Source: Marsupella aquatica
Lineage: Eukaryota > Plantae > Marchantiophyta
DNA length: 64,000 nucleotides
Direction: 5' to 3'
NCBI GenBank assembly: GCA_973895155.1
Contig: OZ316894.1
Location: forward strand, 20,280,451-20,344,450
Below, one piece after another: positions 27,760 to 41,262 of the stretch (within the stretch, counting starts at the first letter, position 1; each line of letters opens with the position of its first letter). A program made the position numbers and the translations under genes. The notes under the pieces are model-generated. The model made no database searches. It was not told the origin of the DNA and worked only from the letters and a program-made list of their open reading frames with translations.

Positions 27760-28225
27760 ATTGCACAAGCTAAGATGACATTAGGGTGATTGTTGTTGTG
27801 GATGATTTTTGATTGGTTATATAGCACTAAAATCTTTGCTTCTCTTGCTCATGATGAAATAATACTCACTATTAGGTGCTTACTCTTAGGTCTTGGGTTA
27901 CGACTAGAACCATAGTTAGGGCTAACCTTAGTCACTGACTAGATTAGGTTAACTAGGTTGCACACTATATCTCAAATGGAATTTGCTTGAATAAGAGAAA
28001 CTCAGGCTCATTGTTACGGAGCCAGTTGAAATCAAGGGAGATTGTTGTGTTGCGATGATTCGGTATGACTGACGGGCCTAGAGTGCAACAAAGCTCTCGT
28101 GTATTCCCATGGACATAGCCTCAAGCTGAGGTAAATCACATATCTCTCTACGTTGACTACTCATGCATTGGATGTTCATGGGATTGCAGTTGTGGACTTG
28201 TGGATGTTGTCTTTGCTAACCAAAT
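27760..28225 (+). mobile_element. Degenerate LTR remnant, same family as 5945-6135
   Basis: TTCCCATGGACATAGCCTCA...GAGGTAAATCACATATCTCTCT...GCATTGGATGTTCATGGG aligns with 6017-6100. Left boundary approximate. Confidence 0.45.
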
Positions 28226-31200
28226 ACAAAGAAAAATAACTGTTATTGCCAATTATTTTGAAGTGGCTAAATGCTACCAAAATCTATCCTTCTCCTGGTC
28301 ATGATGGAATGATACCAAGAAAAAAAAAAGGAATAAACATTAACACCTATTATTTCTAAGAGTGAGGGCAAGAAGTTTTACTTATAAGAGGGTTCCATGA
28401 TGAATGCCATCAAGGACCTGACTGTTCATTACAACATTGACTAAGTTACAAGGCCAGAAATTTAGTTTTGGTCTATACTGTACCACATTGATGGAAAGTG
28501 TTAAGAGTTGTCTTGTACATGTGGTTCTTTTTGTTGGGGACGGGCCAACACCCAGAAAACCTTTCTGTGCCCTTTGCTCAAGTGAAAGACTTATAAACTA
28601 ACATTAGGGAAGTTTCTATCTAATTTTGAGACCAGTAAGAATTGAAAGGGTGTGTGTTACCCTTAAAATCTTATTTTGTAGGGTGCTTATTCCCTAAAAC
28701 ATCGCCCAAGATATGCAACCTCACTTGGAGTAAGGGCCCCAAGCCTATGTACCAACTTTGGTCTATTTTGGCCCCAAACCCAAAGGCTCAACGAGGACCA
28801 TTCGACCTACCGTTTTACATGCATGTAGACAGTGGGACTTTGATTGCAACAAGGTCATGGTTTTCAATTGGAGCTCCTGCAAAACACGATACCCAGGCAT
28901 AACAATTCTATGCTCAAGGCTGTGATTTGGTATGGGTTATGGTTAGATGGGACATATTCCCTTGCTCAACTTAGTTTTGAAGTGTCAACATTTGCATCAT
29001 TGATTTTGAGGTTGGCAAGAATGCATCGGCACCAAAAGGAAGAAGCATGTTTGGGTCTTAGGATGATCAAAAGAATGCTCAAGTGACAGAAAAGATCAGA
29101 AGAAATCTACAGTCACACGATAAGAAATCCAATCCATGTACTCCATTTTCCAAGACATTGTGATCAATTTATTTTGATTTGCAAGGGTACTCAAAAGTCA
29201 CAAAACTCACCAGTGACCCGTGCAATCACTATCGTGTGTGCTTTGTCAAGCATGACACCCTTCTCTTCCTCCCAATCTTTTCAGAGATTGTACCTTGTGA
29301 GGTTGCAGAAGGAACTTTATGACATCCACCAGGACCGATTCCAACAGACAATCTGACAACCAGTAGTAAGATACACATTTCTTCTCTTTGGCAGTGTCTT
29401 GAGCTCATCCAGCTCAACTTTCGAGAGGCATTTGAAATCTTTCCAGCCAATTGCCACCAATTGTGTCCTATTCCCTGATCTTGGTAGAAGTACTCTCAAG
29501 ACTGGAGTCTTACTCTGGCGATTAGGCCTCTCTCACTGAAATAGGAAGTAGTGAGTATGCTCAACAAATGTGGAGCACCAATGCCGTTTTATGCACTGAA
29601 AGGATTATGACAATCTACCATGACTGCAGACAGTTCACACGAGCTCACATTGCAGAAAAGAGTTCTAAAAAGTTCTCACAACTGTTCCATATCTACAGTG
29701 GTTTGGGTTCTCCAAAAACTCCTGCACTTAGTGATCAAGAATATGCTAGTGGCCGATAATATGCCGCGACAGCACTTTGCCACAAATTAGTGATTCACGA
29801 CACCCATATTAGTGTGATACAAAGAATAATGTCCCACTATTTAATGTTTTGACAGTTTCGGTCACCATGATTAGTGTGCATCACACTAAATGCAGTGTGC
29901 GGTGTACTTTTGCTTTGACAACACGACCTTTATGATAACACTACGGCAAACAACAGAGCCGTAATGACCCTGCAGAGCAGTGTCAGTTTTAGTCACATGG
30001 CAGCAACAGTCCCACATGGTAAGGACGTGGACTCCACTGTGGCAGGATAAAAAACGAGCTTCATGCATTCAGTGTAAAAGAGGATCCGCGTTGCGAAAGA
30101 AAAGAAAAATCAGCCTTGCATACAAACGGTGTCCGAGGCGCAGCATCTGCAATCTTCAACGTTTGACACAATCTCATGAACAAAAATGACCAATTCGCAC
30201 ATAAGAGTAGTGCCAGGTTTTCGGAAAAAATATTAACATTTGAGGAATCACATCAGACCCTACATATCCCAACACCTAGCATACAAGGAAATAGTACACA
30301 ACATCAGAAGGCAACCAAGCAAGAACCACGAGCCGCAGACCCAACAGTACCTAGCCTAGGGAAATCCATAGGAACAGTAACAGAGATAGGATCAGAAGCT
30401 GCATCACTCACTCCAGGCAGATGGACTTTGGTCATTACATTTACTACAACATGCTTCGACTGCACATGAACCATGGACAGGATTGCTACAAGTATAGCTA
30501 ATTCGACCTGACTTCAGTTTACTTAAAAGAAAGAGGGGCTCAGCTGTGTTAATAAGCTACTAAGCAAGGCTGTGAAAGGAAGGCCTAATTACACATCCTG
30601 TGGTAGAATTGTCCTCAAATAAAGGCAATCCCTCGCAACCCTTGTGACATAAAGAGTGAGCCAAACAAGAATTGAAAAATAGTCTGTAGAAAGATGTGCG
30701 TTCAAAGGCAAACCGAACCGATGCTCCTTCCATTGCGCACATATCATCATTTCAGCAATCATGCCGTACTAGTGTGGCATAGAACTCAACATGTCAACAA
30801 CCAGGCAAACAATGTTGGCACATGGCAGTGCGAGCTCTCGAAGAAGTGAAAGTGTGTAGAGACTTCCGTGAGTGAGAATCCTCAGTTTGAAATTACAAGA
30901 CAATCTTGCGGGGCCAACTAAATGCCAACACATTCACATTTACACTGATCAACCCCAAGTCTGACTATCAGTCCTCTTACGCGATTCCGACAATCCAGCT
31001 TATAATTTTCATTTTCTCTTCCAAAGACACTCTGGTCCAAGTTACAAAGTTCGATTTTCTCTAACCTCGGCTAGGTCCTTACTGGTTCTCACTAGCTTTG
31101 GCTCTCACTACGAGTTCTTCATGGGAACGTGGATGGACAAATATGATCTCTAGCGCCAAACAACTATACTTACTGAAGGGTAGACAATGGGCTAAAAGTT

Positions 31201-31837
31201 CAGTAGCAGAAAATGCCAAAATGGCCCCATGCGACTGCACTTCAAATCACGGGGAACCCTATCTTACATCGTCCCATTTCAAAAACAGGGAATTATCAAG
31301 ATCAGAAGATAGGTAGTGGACAACGGTTTCCTTCAAACTCCACCAGATCTGGTCACGTGAAGAACACGGACCTTTGCACCCAACTTAACCTAACTAATTC
31401 AGATGTCGGATGGACAGTCTGTCACATTATTTCAGAAGGTCCTAGGTAATGATCTTGCCTCAGGTAGCTGACATCTGGATGACTACTTCATTTTTCCTGA
31501 ATATAGGGCTGGATAAGGAAAGCATGTAAGTTCTTCAGAGGGCCACAACTCAATCTGGTTGCACACTAATGAAAACCACGAAAATAATAAATGTTCGTCG
31601 ACTTTGATCCACAAACAACAGGTTGAATGACCAGTACTGGTCGTTTCTCAAATAATCTACAATTTGCAAATAAAAGAAGGCCACATGCTCAAGAATCCAT
31701 TCTTAAAAATATAACCCCAGGAGTAGATGACATACCCAAACATGAAGGTTTCTCTACTCTTGAAGGTGAGCTAAGAGTCTTTCACAATTTGGAAGAAGCA
31801 GATAGTCTCATTAGAGGTTCTGAAGCCACACCGTCAA

Positions 31838-34800
31838 CTACCCATGCACCTCATGTGCCCTGCCTTTCTTATGATCTCGATCTTGATAGTCTCTCTCTTT
31901 GTGATAGTGGCGCTCCCTGTCTCCATCTGCTCTATGTTGATGGTGATGATCTCTCTGATGATAATCCCTATCCCTTGATCCATGGACAGGGCGATTATCC
32001 CTATGGCTATCTCTGCGCCCATGGGAATCCCGATGCCTTTTCAGAGAAGCCGGACTACTATTCTTTTCATGAGATGTGGAAGACACAGGTCTCCTCTCCA
32101 AATGGCGGGGAGACCGTGCCTGGTCATATGCATGACTAGAGCTTGGCAACTCACCATCCTCTGTCCGATCAGCAGGTCCCAAACCTAGCCGGCCTCTGTC
32201 AGTCTCTCCATCAATCCAATCGGTGCGATCCCCCCTCTCGTTTGATTTCACTCGCTTCTTCTCATTTACACTATCCTCTTTGTTCGGCCTCCTCCTCTTC
32301 GATCCAGAGTCAACTTCTTCTGTGCGTTCCTTCTTTATTTCAGTCGCATCATGCTCTGATCTCTGCGTGAGCTTGGATTTCATCTCCCTCCGCTCTTGCT
32401 TCACCCTCTCCTCTGCGGCGGCTTCAACTCCGCTCTCTAGCTCCCTTTGCAGAAGCTCCTCGTCAGTAGGCTCCACCTTGACAGCCGCTGGCCTTGAATC
32501 CAAACCCTCGCCTTTAGACTTTCGTCTCTTTTGTGCTAAAGCCTTCAATCTGTCTGTATTTACATCCTCAATGCTAGTTACCCACACCTTCTTCGGTTCC
32601 TCATCCTCGTTCTCGACCTTGACGTTAATTGATTCTCCATTCTCGTCACCGTGTATGTCAGCACCATCGTCAGCCTCTTTCTCATCAACAGAAGACTTTG
32701 TGTCAGGCACCTCTCTTGCCATAGAAACGTCAATACTGTTTGCCTTCCTGTCCTCTATCTCAGTTTTAACTTTTGTTTTCCGGAATGTGGTACTCGCGTC
32801 TGACTTGGTTCTGATCTGACCATCCTCGGGGATAGGGGCCGTTGTCAAAGGCTCCTTGACTTCCTGCTTGACTGTAGGTTTCGACTGTCCATTTGGCTTG
32901 TTCGACCAAGTACTTGCCAGAGAAACCTCTGGTACCACAGGTACGGAACCATTCTCATGGCCCGGCTCGTATTCTCCATCTAAATGACCATTCTCCTTCT
33001 CATAAGCAAGTGACGGAGCATGAACAGCTGGTTCATACACATCCTCCATTTTACCAGCATTGACATCTTCAGTCTTCGCTTGATGTGCGTGTTTCCCAGT
33101 TTTGTCCGTCCCCAAAGCATTTGATGAATTGTGATTCCAGTGGTGCCCATTGGCAGTTGGTGCGGATTCAGATCCTTTGACGTGATTGGCTGTCAAATTA
33201 CTTGAACCCGGATCATTTGACCGAGAACCATTGAGAAGGATACCTGGACCCAGGGTCTTGTTTTGCTCATACAGCTCAAGCATTTGGTTGCTAACTTCTG
33301 CAATCATTAAAAAGAAAGAAATTAGGAGAATGTGGAATTTCAACCCTATATAATAGTCAACATGCGAGTGGGCACTAAAACTTTTCCCTTTCCAGACTGC
33401 AGAGGGTTCTGCACAGAAATTTTAAAAGGGAGTCATAAGATAGAAAAGAAAAGACTGGGATGGTGTCAATTGATCATGCAAACCGATATACGCTTTAATT
33501 GAGGTAAGCACCCCTTGCCAAGCCTGTTGCAAATACAGAGCGATAACCTTCAAAAGTACAACTATTCCTATATCCATCACAACAGGAGCCTTTCGCATGT
33601 TCGGACGTTCCTACTCTTATCAACTGTCCAGGTTCCCGAAGGGCCTCAACCCACAACAGCCATGAAAAAGAGCAAACTACTACCTGCAGCGTTCCCATAA
33701 TCCCAGCAATAAACCCTGTTCCGTTCATTTTATCCGAACTGAGACTCCAGCACTTAGATGGGGATTCACATACTACCCAGCTGAAGGTTGAGCTAAGGCC
33801 CCCATTGGCTGCAAATGTCTCTGCCTTAACAAATAACCAGATTGGCTAGATTTCGATCCAATAAGGAATTCTACAAAACGCAGAGCTCAGCAAAATATGG
33901 AATTGACGTGTAAATTGCAAACCTTCCAATTGTCGAGGAGTGACTTCGAACTCTTGCCACCAAACTTTCTCCCCATCAGTAGGTAGCTTGACCTTAAGAA
34001 ACTTAGCCGCGAGGAAGATGGCCCCAGCAGCAATGTGATGGGGCTTAAACTGCAGGCAGAGCGATGTACGCAGCCTGCAAATCCCTTTCACTGCTTCATT
34101 CCAGTGTACTCAAAATTCACAGAGAACGACTAAGGAGAGATTCCTCAAACAAGGACTCCAATCTCCAATAATTTTCCTTGAACAGCATCAAGTAGGGAAC
34201 TGCAAAAATGCAGGATGTGACCGACTTACCCGTCATTCACAAAGTTCCAGGCCACTTGTGCCAGTGCATTTTGAGCAACCTTGAACCTTTTAATAGCTGC
34301 AACCAATGGCTTGTAAGGATGAGCTATGTTAAGATCAAAACCCAGTGTGGTCAGAACGAGTCGTTCTCCCACCAGTACCAGCTCCTTCTGCTCCTCGTAA
34401 ACATCCTGTTAGAAATGAAAACAAGACAACCATTAGAAAATCACGAGCTAGTAACTACATCAACACTGAGGCATTGAGCTCTTCCATTAGACACGTGCCT
34501 CGTCGAACCGCCTATAGGAAAGGTTCTAGCCTAAAGAATTCGGCATGCATACATCTAGGTCTTCTGTCCTCATGCTGTAGGTCTTTGCTACTTCATCAAA
34601 CGAAAGAATTGTTCCACACACACTTCACTCCATCTTGACCAACTTCCTATCATCTTGACATGAGACAAAAACCCACTTCGTTGCCCACAGAAGGTCAGAA
34701 TTGGCCAAACCTTGTTCTTGATGCGCCCCACCGCTGCAGGATCCTTTTTATGTCGAATCTCATACGACATAAGGATAACATCTCGGAGAGGCCTTGGTGT

Positions 34801-35645
34801 CTCCTCCACTTTACCAGCCAAAAACATGCAGATAGTAGCAATCATCTGCCAGAATACCACCAAGCGAGCCGTTTTCTTTCCATATTCAGAACTCCTCACA
34901 GATCAAACCTGGACCCGTTCATATTGCAGACGACAATTTTGGAAGGAGGTATAAGGGTACGAAACAAACTCACATATCTATCATTCTTTAAATGTGACTG
35001 TCGAAGGTAAAATCGATGAGAGAAAACAATAGCCGTGGCGATGGTCACCTGAGGGCTGCAAAATCAGATTGAACGCACTTTTCGTCAAGATACAGTCTCA
35101 ATCAACCCATCACAGATAATAAATTTATACGATATAACCAAGAAAAGGACGTCGAGGTACAACAGACGAAGAAACACGATTCACGAGCTAAAAAGCGCAT
35201 AATGAAAGGTAAGGAGAAGGCAAACACAGGCCGGGAAAATACATCAGACGAAGAAACCCGATTCACAAGCTAAAAAGCGCAGAGTGAAAGGTAAGGAGAA
35301 GGCAAACACAGGCCAGGCATATACAATAGACGAAGAAACCCGATTCACAAGCGGAAAAGCAAATTGTGAAAGGTAAGGAGAAGGCAAACTTAGGCCGGGC
35401 AGGCAAACTCACACTTTCAGACACATGCCCAGATCTTGAAGGAATGTACAATAAGACTTTCGAAAGTACGTCTCTTTCTTCAAATCGATACCGTCCAGCC
35501 GCGAAGGAGACCTTTTCTCGATTTCCTCCCTAGAAAAATACCAGTTGGAACTGGAGTGGTCTGGCTCCTCAAGCCTCCCGACTGGTGTTCCACACCCCGC
35601 TAATGCCGTCTGGGCAGCTTCCGCAGCAAGAAGTGCACCAGACAT
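31838..35645 (-). CDS. CYCT1: Cyclin T1 (P-TEFb cyclin); exons 35645-35413, 35055-34974, 34845-34711, 34405-34230, 34074-33923, 33297-31838
   Basis: WYFSREEIE...[100 protein letters not shown] and the C-terminal [14 protein letters not shown] junctions keep frame. Confidence 0.95.
35164..35408. repeat. ~82-bp tandem repeat x3 in the first coding intron of CYCT1
   Basis: AGACGAAGAAAC.CGATTCAC...TGAAAGGTAAGGAGAAGGCAAAC three times. Confidence 0.85.
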
Positions 35646-36829
35646 CGTTCCTGCCTTCTGCGTTCCTCGAAGATATTCTGTAAGAAACCCTTGTAATTTG
35701 ATACCTCTGTACTAAACCTTCAATGAGATCTTCTTAATCATAATCTCAACGCAACCGAAACCTTTGTGGTCAGACTAAACCGCACCACCCTCTGTAGCGC
35801 AGCTCTCCAAGGGTAGCCCAACCACGTCCGTGCAAACAAACAAATGATTTGACCACACAACCATCCAGTCTATTCGCTTTCAGAGTCCGCGAGTCAATCG
35901 CCAAACCAGCTAAAACTTTGAAAGTGCGGAAGATTGCACGATTGTCCACGGCCTCCGACTTCGAAGAAATTGTGGTTGTCCTTAGTCGTACAAGACGCTG
36001 CTCTGAAGCCAAATACGAGGAATCTGCTATACAGTTGGCTGGACGCCACTGAGACAATCAGCGTACTAAGCCTCCACACAACCTGCTACACCTCGCGCGA
36101 GTCCGCAAACCCTGTCCCGAACAAAGAGTTGAGGAAAAAAGTCTGCAAAGCACAAAGGGCTGACAATTTCTCGACGATCCCGAGTGAAACCACCGAGAAC
36201 GAGGATGCTAAAAATCTAAGCCCCTAAAGTTCAGACCTAAAGCTTCAGCCTCAAGCTTAAACACCCCCTTCCTCTCAAGCCACCCGCCAGAAGGCTTCCT
36301 TGCTGTGAAGAACGTTGAGACAGGCGCTTGAAATCATACATGAGACTGACGAACGACTCCCCTCCAAGGACACATGGTTCTCGCCTGAAAGCATACAAGA
36401 GACTGACGAAGGACTCCCTCTCAAGGACAAGTGATTCCCCCTTGTCAAACAAAGAGGCTGCGGCACATCACATCTACAACAGCGTCCTAACCCACCCCCT
36501 CCTCCGCATCGAAATTCCGATTCGAATGAAGCCTTCTACTCACGAAAACCGCCACTCCGATGATCAAACGCAGACCCGTCCAAACGAAGCACAGCCTCTT
36601 CTCTTCAACGAATGGGCAGTAATAAATCGGGACACCATGCATAAACGAAGGGCATCCACTACCCTGAACGCCCTCTCCTCCCGCCTGCTGGTACCAAAAA
36701 TTGACCTAAACGAGCATGACACTCCATGTCCTCCTCCTCCTCCTCCTACTCCTCCTCCCACCTTTCTCCTCTCCGCCCTGCTCGCTGGCAACAAAAATCT
36801 GACCTAAAACAAAAAGGTCGAAAAATTTC

Positions 36830-37560
36830 AGTAATTGGATCGACGACGATAATTCCTGTTGGACGTGATGGAAAAAGCCGGCCCCGTCGTCAAACGATCA
36901 GGCAGCAGCACCGCCACCTCCTCCACTCCTCAACAACACGAGAGTGTATCTATCGCTCACATCTACGCATCAATCATCGGCTCGCCAAGCTCCCAAAACG
37001 AGAAACAATAGCAATCGGATCGATCATGAAAGCCGGCGCCGTGTTCTTGTATCAAAACATGAGGCAGCGGCAGCACACTGGAGCATCCACTTTCCTCCTC
37101 CGCCACCTCCTTAGCAACGGTGTCTATCTGTTCTCTCTATCCCAAACACCTCTATGCCCTTTCAACCGCATCGACGATGAAAGCCAACCCCCTGTTCTTG
37201 TCGTCAAAATCTCGGGAGGCAGGAGCAGCAGCAGCCCGGCGCGTCCATCCACCCCTCCTCCTCACCAAGCGAGTCTACCTATCTATCTGCTCTATCAGCC
37301 TGTCCCGCACATATCTCTGCTCCTCTCAATCGGATCGATGATGAACGCCTACCTCCTGTTCTGTTCCTGTGGTCAAAACATCGGGCAGCCTCTTCCTTCC
37401 CTTACCAAGCGTGCCTATCTATCTCTGCTCTATCAGTCCGTTCCGCACATCGCTCTGCTCCTCTGAGTCGGATCGATGATGAACGCCGCCCTTCTGTTCT
37501 TTTCGTCAGAACATCGCCAATCCTCCATATCTATCGATCTAGTCCAGTCCAGTCCGGTCC
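36830..37560. repeat. Degenerate repeats upstream of CYCT1
   Basis: TCGGATCGAT(G/C)ATGAA at ~37015, 37330 and 37468, and TCTGCTCTATCAG..TG/GT.CCGCACAT twice. Confidence 0.6.
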
Positions 37561-38374
37561 ACATATCCCGAACATCTCCATGCTCCTCTCTCCAACACAA
37601 CCTCCTCCCCCCTCCTCGCCGCTCCGGCATAGCCTCGTCCTCCTCTTCCTCTCCTCTCCTCTCCTCCGGCTCGCCGAGCCCCTTCCCCCGCCCTGCCTCT
37701 CGTGCCACACCGCTCTCTGTTTCTCACTCCCTCTCACCGATGTTGCGACGGGAGGGGAAGGGAGGAGGGCAAGGGCAGGGCAGGGCAGGGCAGGGAGGTC
37801 GGGCGAGAGACAGAGAGGGGAGCCCAGAGCCAGAGGGAGAGCGAGGCGGGGCGAGGGAGAGGGGAGGAAGGCAAGAATCAGAAAACCCTCGTGCGCGGTA
37901 CGTGTGCCTGGTGCCGAGTGAGAAAAGAAAAGGCGAGACCCCATCGAGGAAGGAAGGGTGGCCGCAAGGGCCACACTAATAATCATCATCTACGGGGGCC
38001 AGCCGCCAGCCTGCTTCAGAGGCCAGCCCGAGATACTGTTGGCCGGCACTCGGCGGCGACCTCCCGAGGGCATGGGACGGACACGATTCGCGACGGCGAC
38101 GACGCGGCGACGGCCTTTCCTCAGCGCAAACCCGGACTGCGACTGCCGTTGTGACCGTTTGTAAACTGAGGACAAGGTTATGCACCAGACGGGAGTGGGC
38201 GTGTTTACTGCTCACGGCACTGGGCTACCGTTTTTTGTGTTGTAGCTTTCGAGAGCTTTCGATATAGCTGCTCAAGAGAGTGGGGGACCTGTGAGAAGCT
38301 GACACGCACGGGCCTGCTCGTGATTTGAGGGCTTTGAAACTAACTTCACCTAATCGTGTTCTGGTTTATGCAAG

Positions 38375-38647
38375 TAGTAATAAATTGGAAAAATGGGCGA
38401 AAATTGACCTCCCCAAAACTGGAATAATTTGCTGGCGAGAAAAAGAAATTCGTGACACGACAAGCCTGACGAACTTATACGAGGCCAAATACCCTGGAAA
38501 ATTGTGTTATCTGTTGAAAAAAAGAAAAAAAGGCCCCAAACACATGTTTTTGACTAGTTATGAGCGAAGTACCAGAAAAAGCACACTGGGGAAACTTATC
38601 GGGTTGGGGAAAATAAAAATGGTTACCCACGATCCAATTTACCACTA
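38375..38647. mobile_element. Possible MITE (~270 bp)
   Basis: TAGTAATAAATTGGA at 38375 versus the reverse complement of 38633-38647 (TAGTGGTAAATTGGA), 13/15 match. The terminal TA could be a target-site duplication. Confidence 0.35.
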
Positions 38648-41262
38648 AAAATACGATTGTGAGCCTGACCTGGTGATAATCAGTCACTGGTAGCTATTAT
38701 ACTGTCCAAGTTCTCACCAAGGTCACATTGTAAGCCTGACCTGGTGATTGAATACCACTCAGGGGTAGCTATTCTACTGTCCAGCTTGAGGGTATCCTGC
38801 ATCCTCCCAACTGGCAAGGACTGAAGAAAATGCGTTTCATGAGCTAACTTCTCAGCAGGAGACGAATCTTATTAACCCAACTCTAAAATGTCATCTCTAT
38901 GTCTGAATTATTACAGGTTACAGCGTACAAGTGCATACTCTAGATAAAAAGGATGACCATGCACTTATGCACAGTATGCACTATGGTATCTAAGTGTGTA
39001 GGAAATTGCTTAATATACATTTCTGCATATGAGAAAGATCAGTTGCAGCGGCTATGGTTTTCTTTCAGTTTGCCAGCCGTACATGTCCCGCAATGGAGCC
39101 AGTTTTTTTCTGTATAAAGAGAAGATGCACATGCTTTATTTAGCTGCACACCTATGCCCTCGGTCTTAGTAGATACCTTTCGTGGATTCAGCTTGCAAAT
39201 GTTCTTGACAACTGCGTCATCAAATCACACCGTTCCCCAATTCATTACTAGATATAAGTTAATTTGTATTGTAGATCCTTCTCTAATAATCACAACCATT
39301 TCCCTGAGAATCAATACTAGACTAATTCGAATATCACTTTGCCTCAAATCGTGACTAGACTGAATTTAATTGTGTAAGTAGATTGGAAAATAGAATAATC
39401 CAAGGCGCTTTGGATTGGATGCTAAAATGCCTGGAAGGTTGTAAGCAAACGTTTAATTAAATTCCATTGGTGGACAGGCCCTGTCCTGCAAGCTGGAAGA
39501 ACGATCGGGGACAGTAGAGGCTAACAAAGGGAAGTTTCGAATGAATTTATGCACAGATGTTGCAACTGATTCTGCATGAAGATGCTGTGATAACATTTGT
39601 CAAGAACTCTAGCTAAAGGTCCTAGCACTACCACTTGGATTTGGAATCTACATGCTGATGCTCATGATTTCTGACATTTGAAGCTGCAACCTCACAATTT
39701 GAGTACTTTGTCAAGCATCCATCGCTACTGTCTAAGGCCAAGCTGGATGATATCATCATAGACTGTGTTGATCATGGGTTGTATATAACTATAACTATAA
39801 CTATAACTATCATAGATCTCTCTCGTAAACTCTTCTCCTAGTGCCTTGAATTGGCCTGTACAGTCGAGATAATGATACAACAAGGAGAACCACGATGAAT
39901 GAGTTTTGTTCTAACACTAACTAGTTTACACTATCAAAATCCGTTGGTTTAATGAAGACAAATGAGCAGCTATTCATAAAAAAAAGCCAAATCGTTCATA
40001 TCTTTTTGTACTTGCCGTCCACCTTGTCTAAATAGAGCATTTAGACTTTGGTTTGCTCAATTAAGTCAAAGTGGGGGAGATCCGTTGCCTGAAGATCCAT
40101 ACATCTAGAATATTAGTGCTCGCAGGCCTGAGTACGAGATAGCCCTCCTCTGTTACTCTCGATTTTAGAGTATGCTTTCATGGTGACCTGGGGCTTCTCC
40201 CAGCCAGCACAGTTTTCAAATGTACTCAACTCTTGCTGACCTGGGCTTCTCCTGGCCAACCCGGCACTTTCCCTGTAGTTCGACTCATATAATAAGGAAC
40301 AAGACTGTGATCGACTCTTGATCACCTGGGGCTTCTCCTGCCTAATCCAGCACTTTCCCTTGTGACCAGATGCACAGCTAAGGAAGATGGAACACTTTCC
40401 GAATGTTGCTGACCCAGGGCTTCAGGTGTTCTTGAGACCGACCCGCCATATTCCCCTGCAGAAAAACCGATGGACAGTCTGACCATGATTTTGGAATACC
40501 TGGGGTTTCTCCTTTGCCAGCACTTCACCTGCCGACCAAACAGACAGAAATTGAGCATAGGGTAACCCATGGGCTGGAAGGGTTACAGACCATAATCTCC
40601 AACAGCCCATGTGTTGGGTGGGTTCCTGGGTGTCTTCCAAGAATTATGCTTAGGAGTAGTGGTGTTCTTCAGTGTCAGGAACTCAAGTTCAGTATGGTTG
40701 TAGGTTACGGTGTGTAACCATTTTTGGAAGTCCCTACTATTTCCATAATCTTCTGCCCCAAAAGTCATGATCGTTAACTATTTTGTGCACCGTATGTACG
40801 TAAAGGATGGTCTCAGCAGGGGTTCGAGTCTGAATTGTGTTCCCCAAATGCTCTGAAAAGCTTCCTGACTTGTTTTTTGTGCACCATATGTTCGTAAAGA
40901 ATGGTCTGAAGCAGGGGTTCTAGTCTAAACTCTGTTCCCCAAACACTCATAAAAGCTTCCAGGCTCCTGCCCAAGCTTTTCTTTCTGGTCACATCTTACA
41001 TCCTTGTAACCTTGACAGACCATGTGCCCTGCCATACAAAGAAGTTTTAAATCAATCAATCGTAAGGCAAGGCTGACAGGGTCATGGCCCATAAGTTTCA
41101 ATTGGAAGTACAAAGGAAGCAAGATAAGAAGGCTTCTCCTGGCAGACGCGCCACTTTCCATGGGGATGAACACGCGAATGGAAATGAAGGCTGTCTGGGG
41201 CCCTCACTTAGCTCCAGAATAATGGTGCCCTGCGTTATGAACTTCGAGCACCCACCACCCAA

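Noticed and set aside
36564-38215. Many overlapping ORFs upstream of CYCT1
   Set aside because: GC-rich, low-complexity (CCT, GGGCA, GA tracts) promoter/5' UTR-like sequence with no domain signal.
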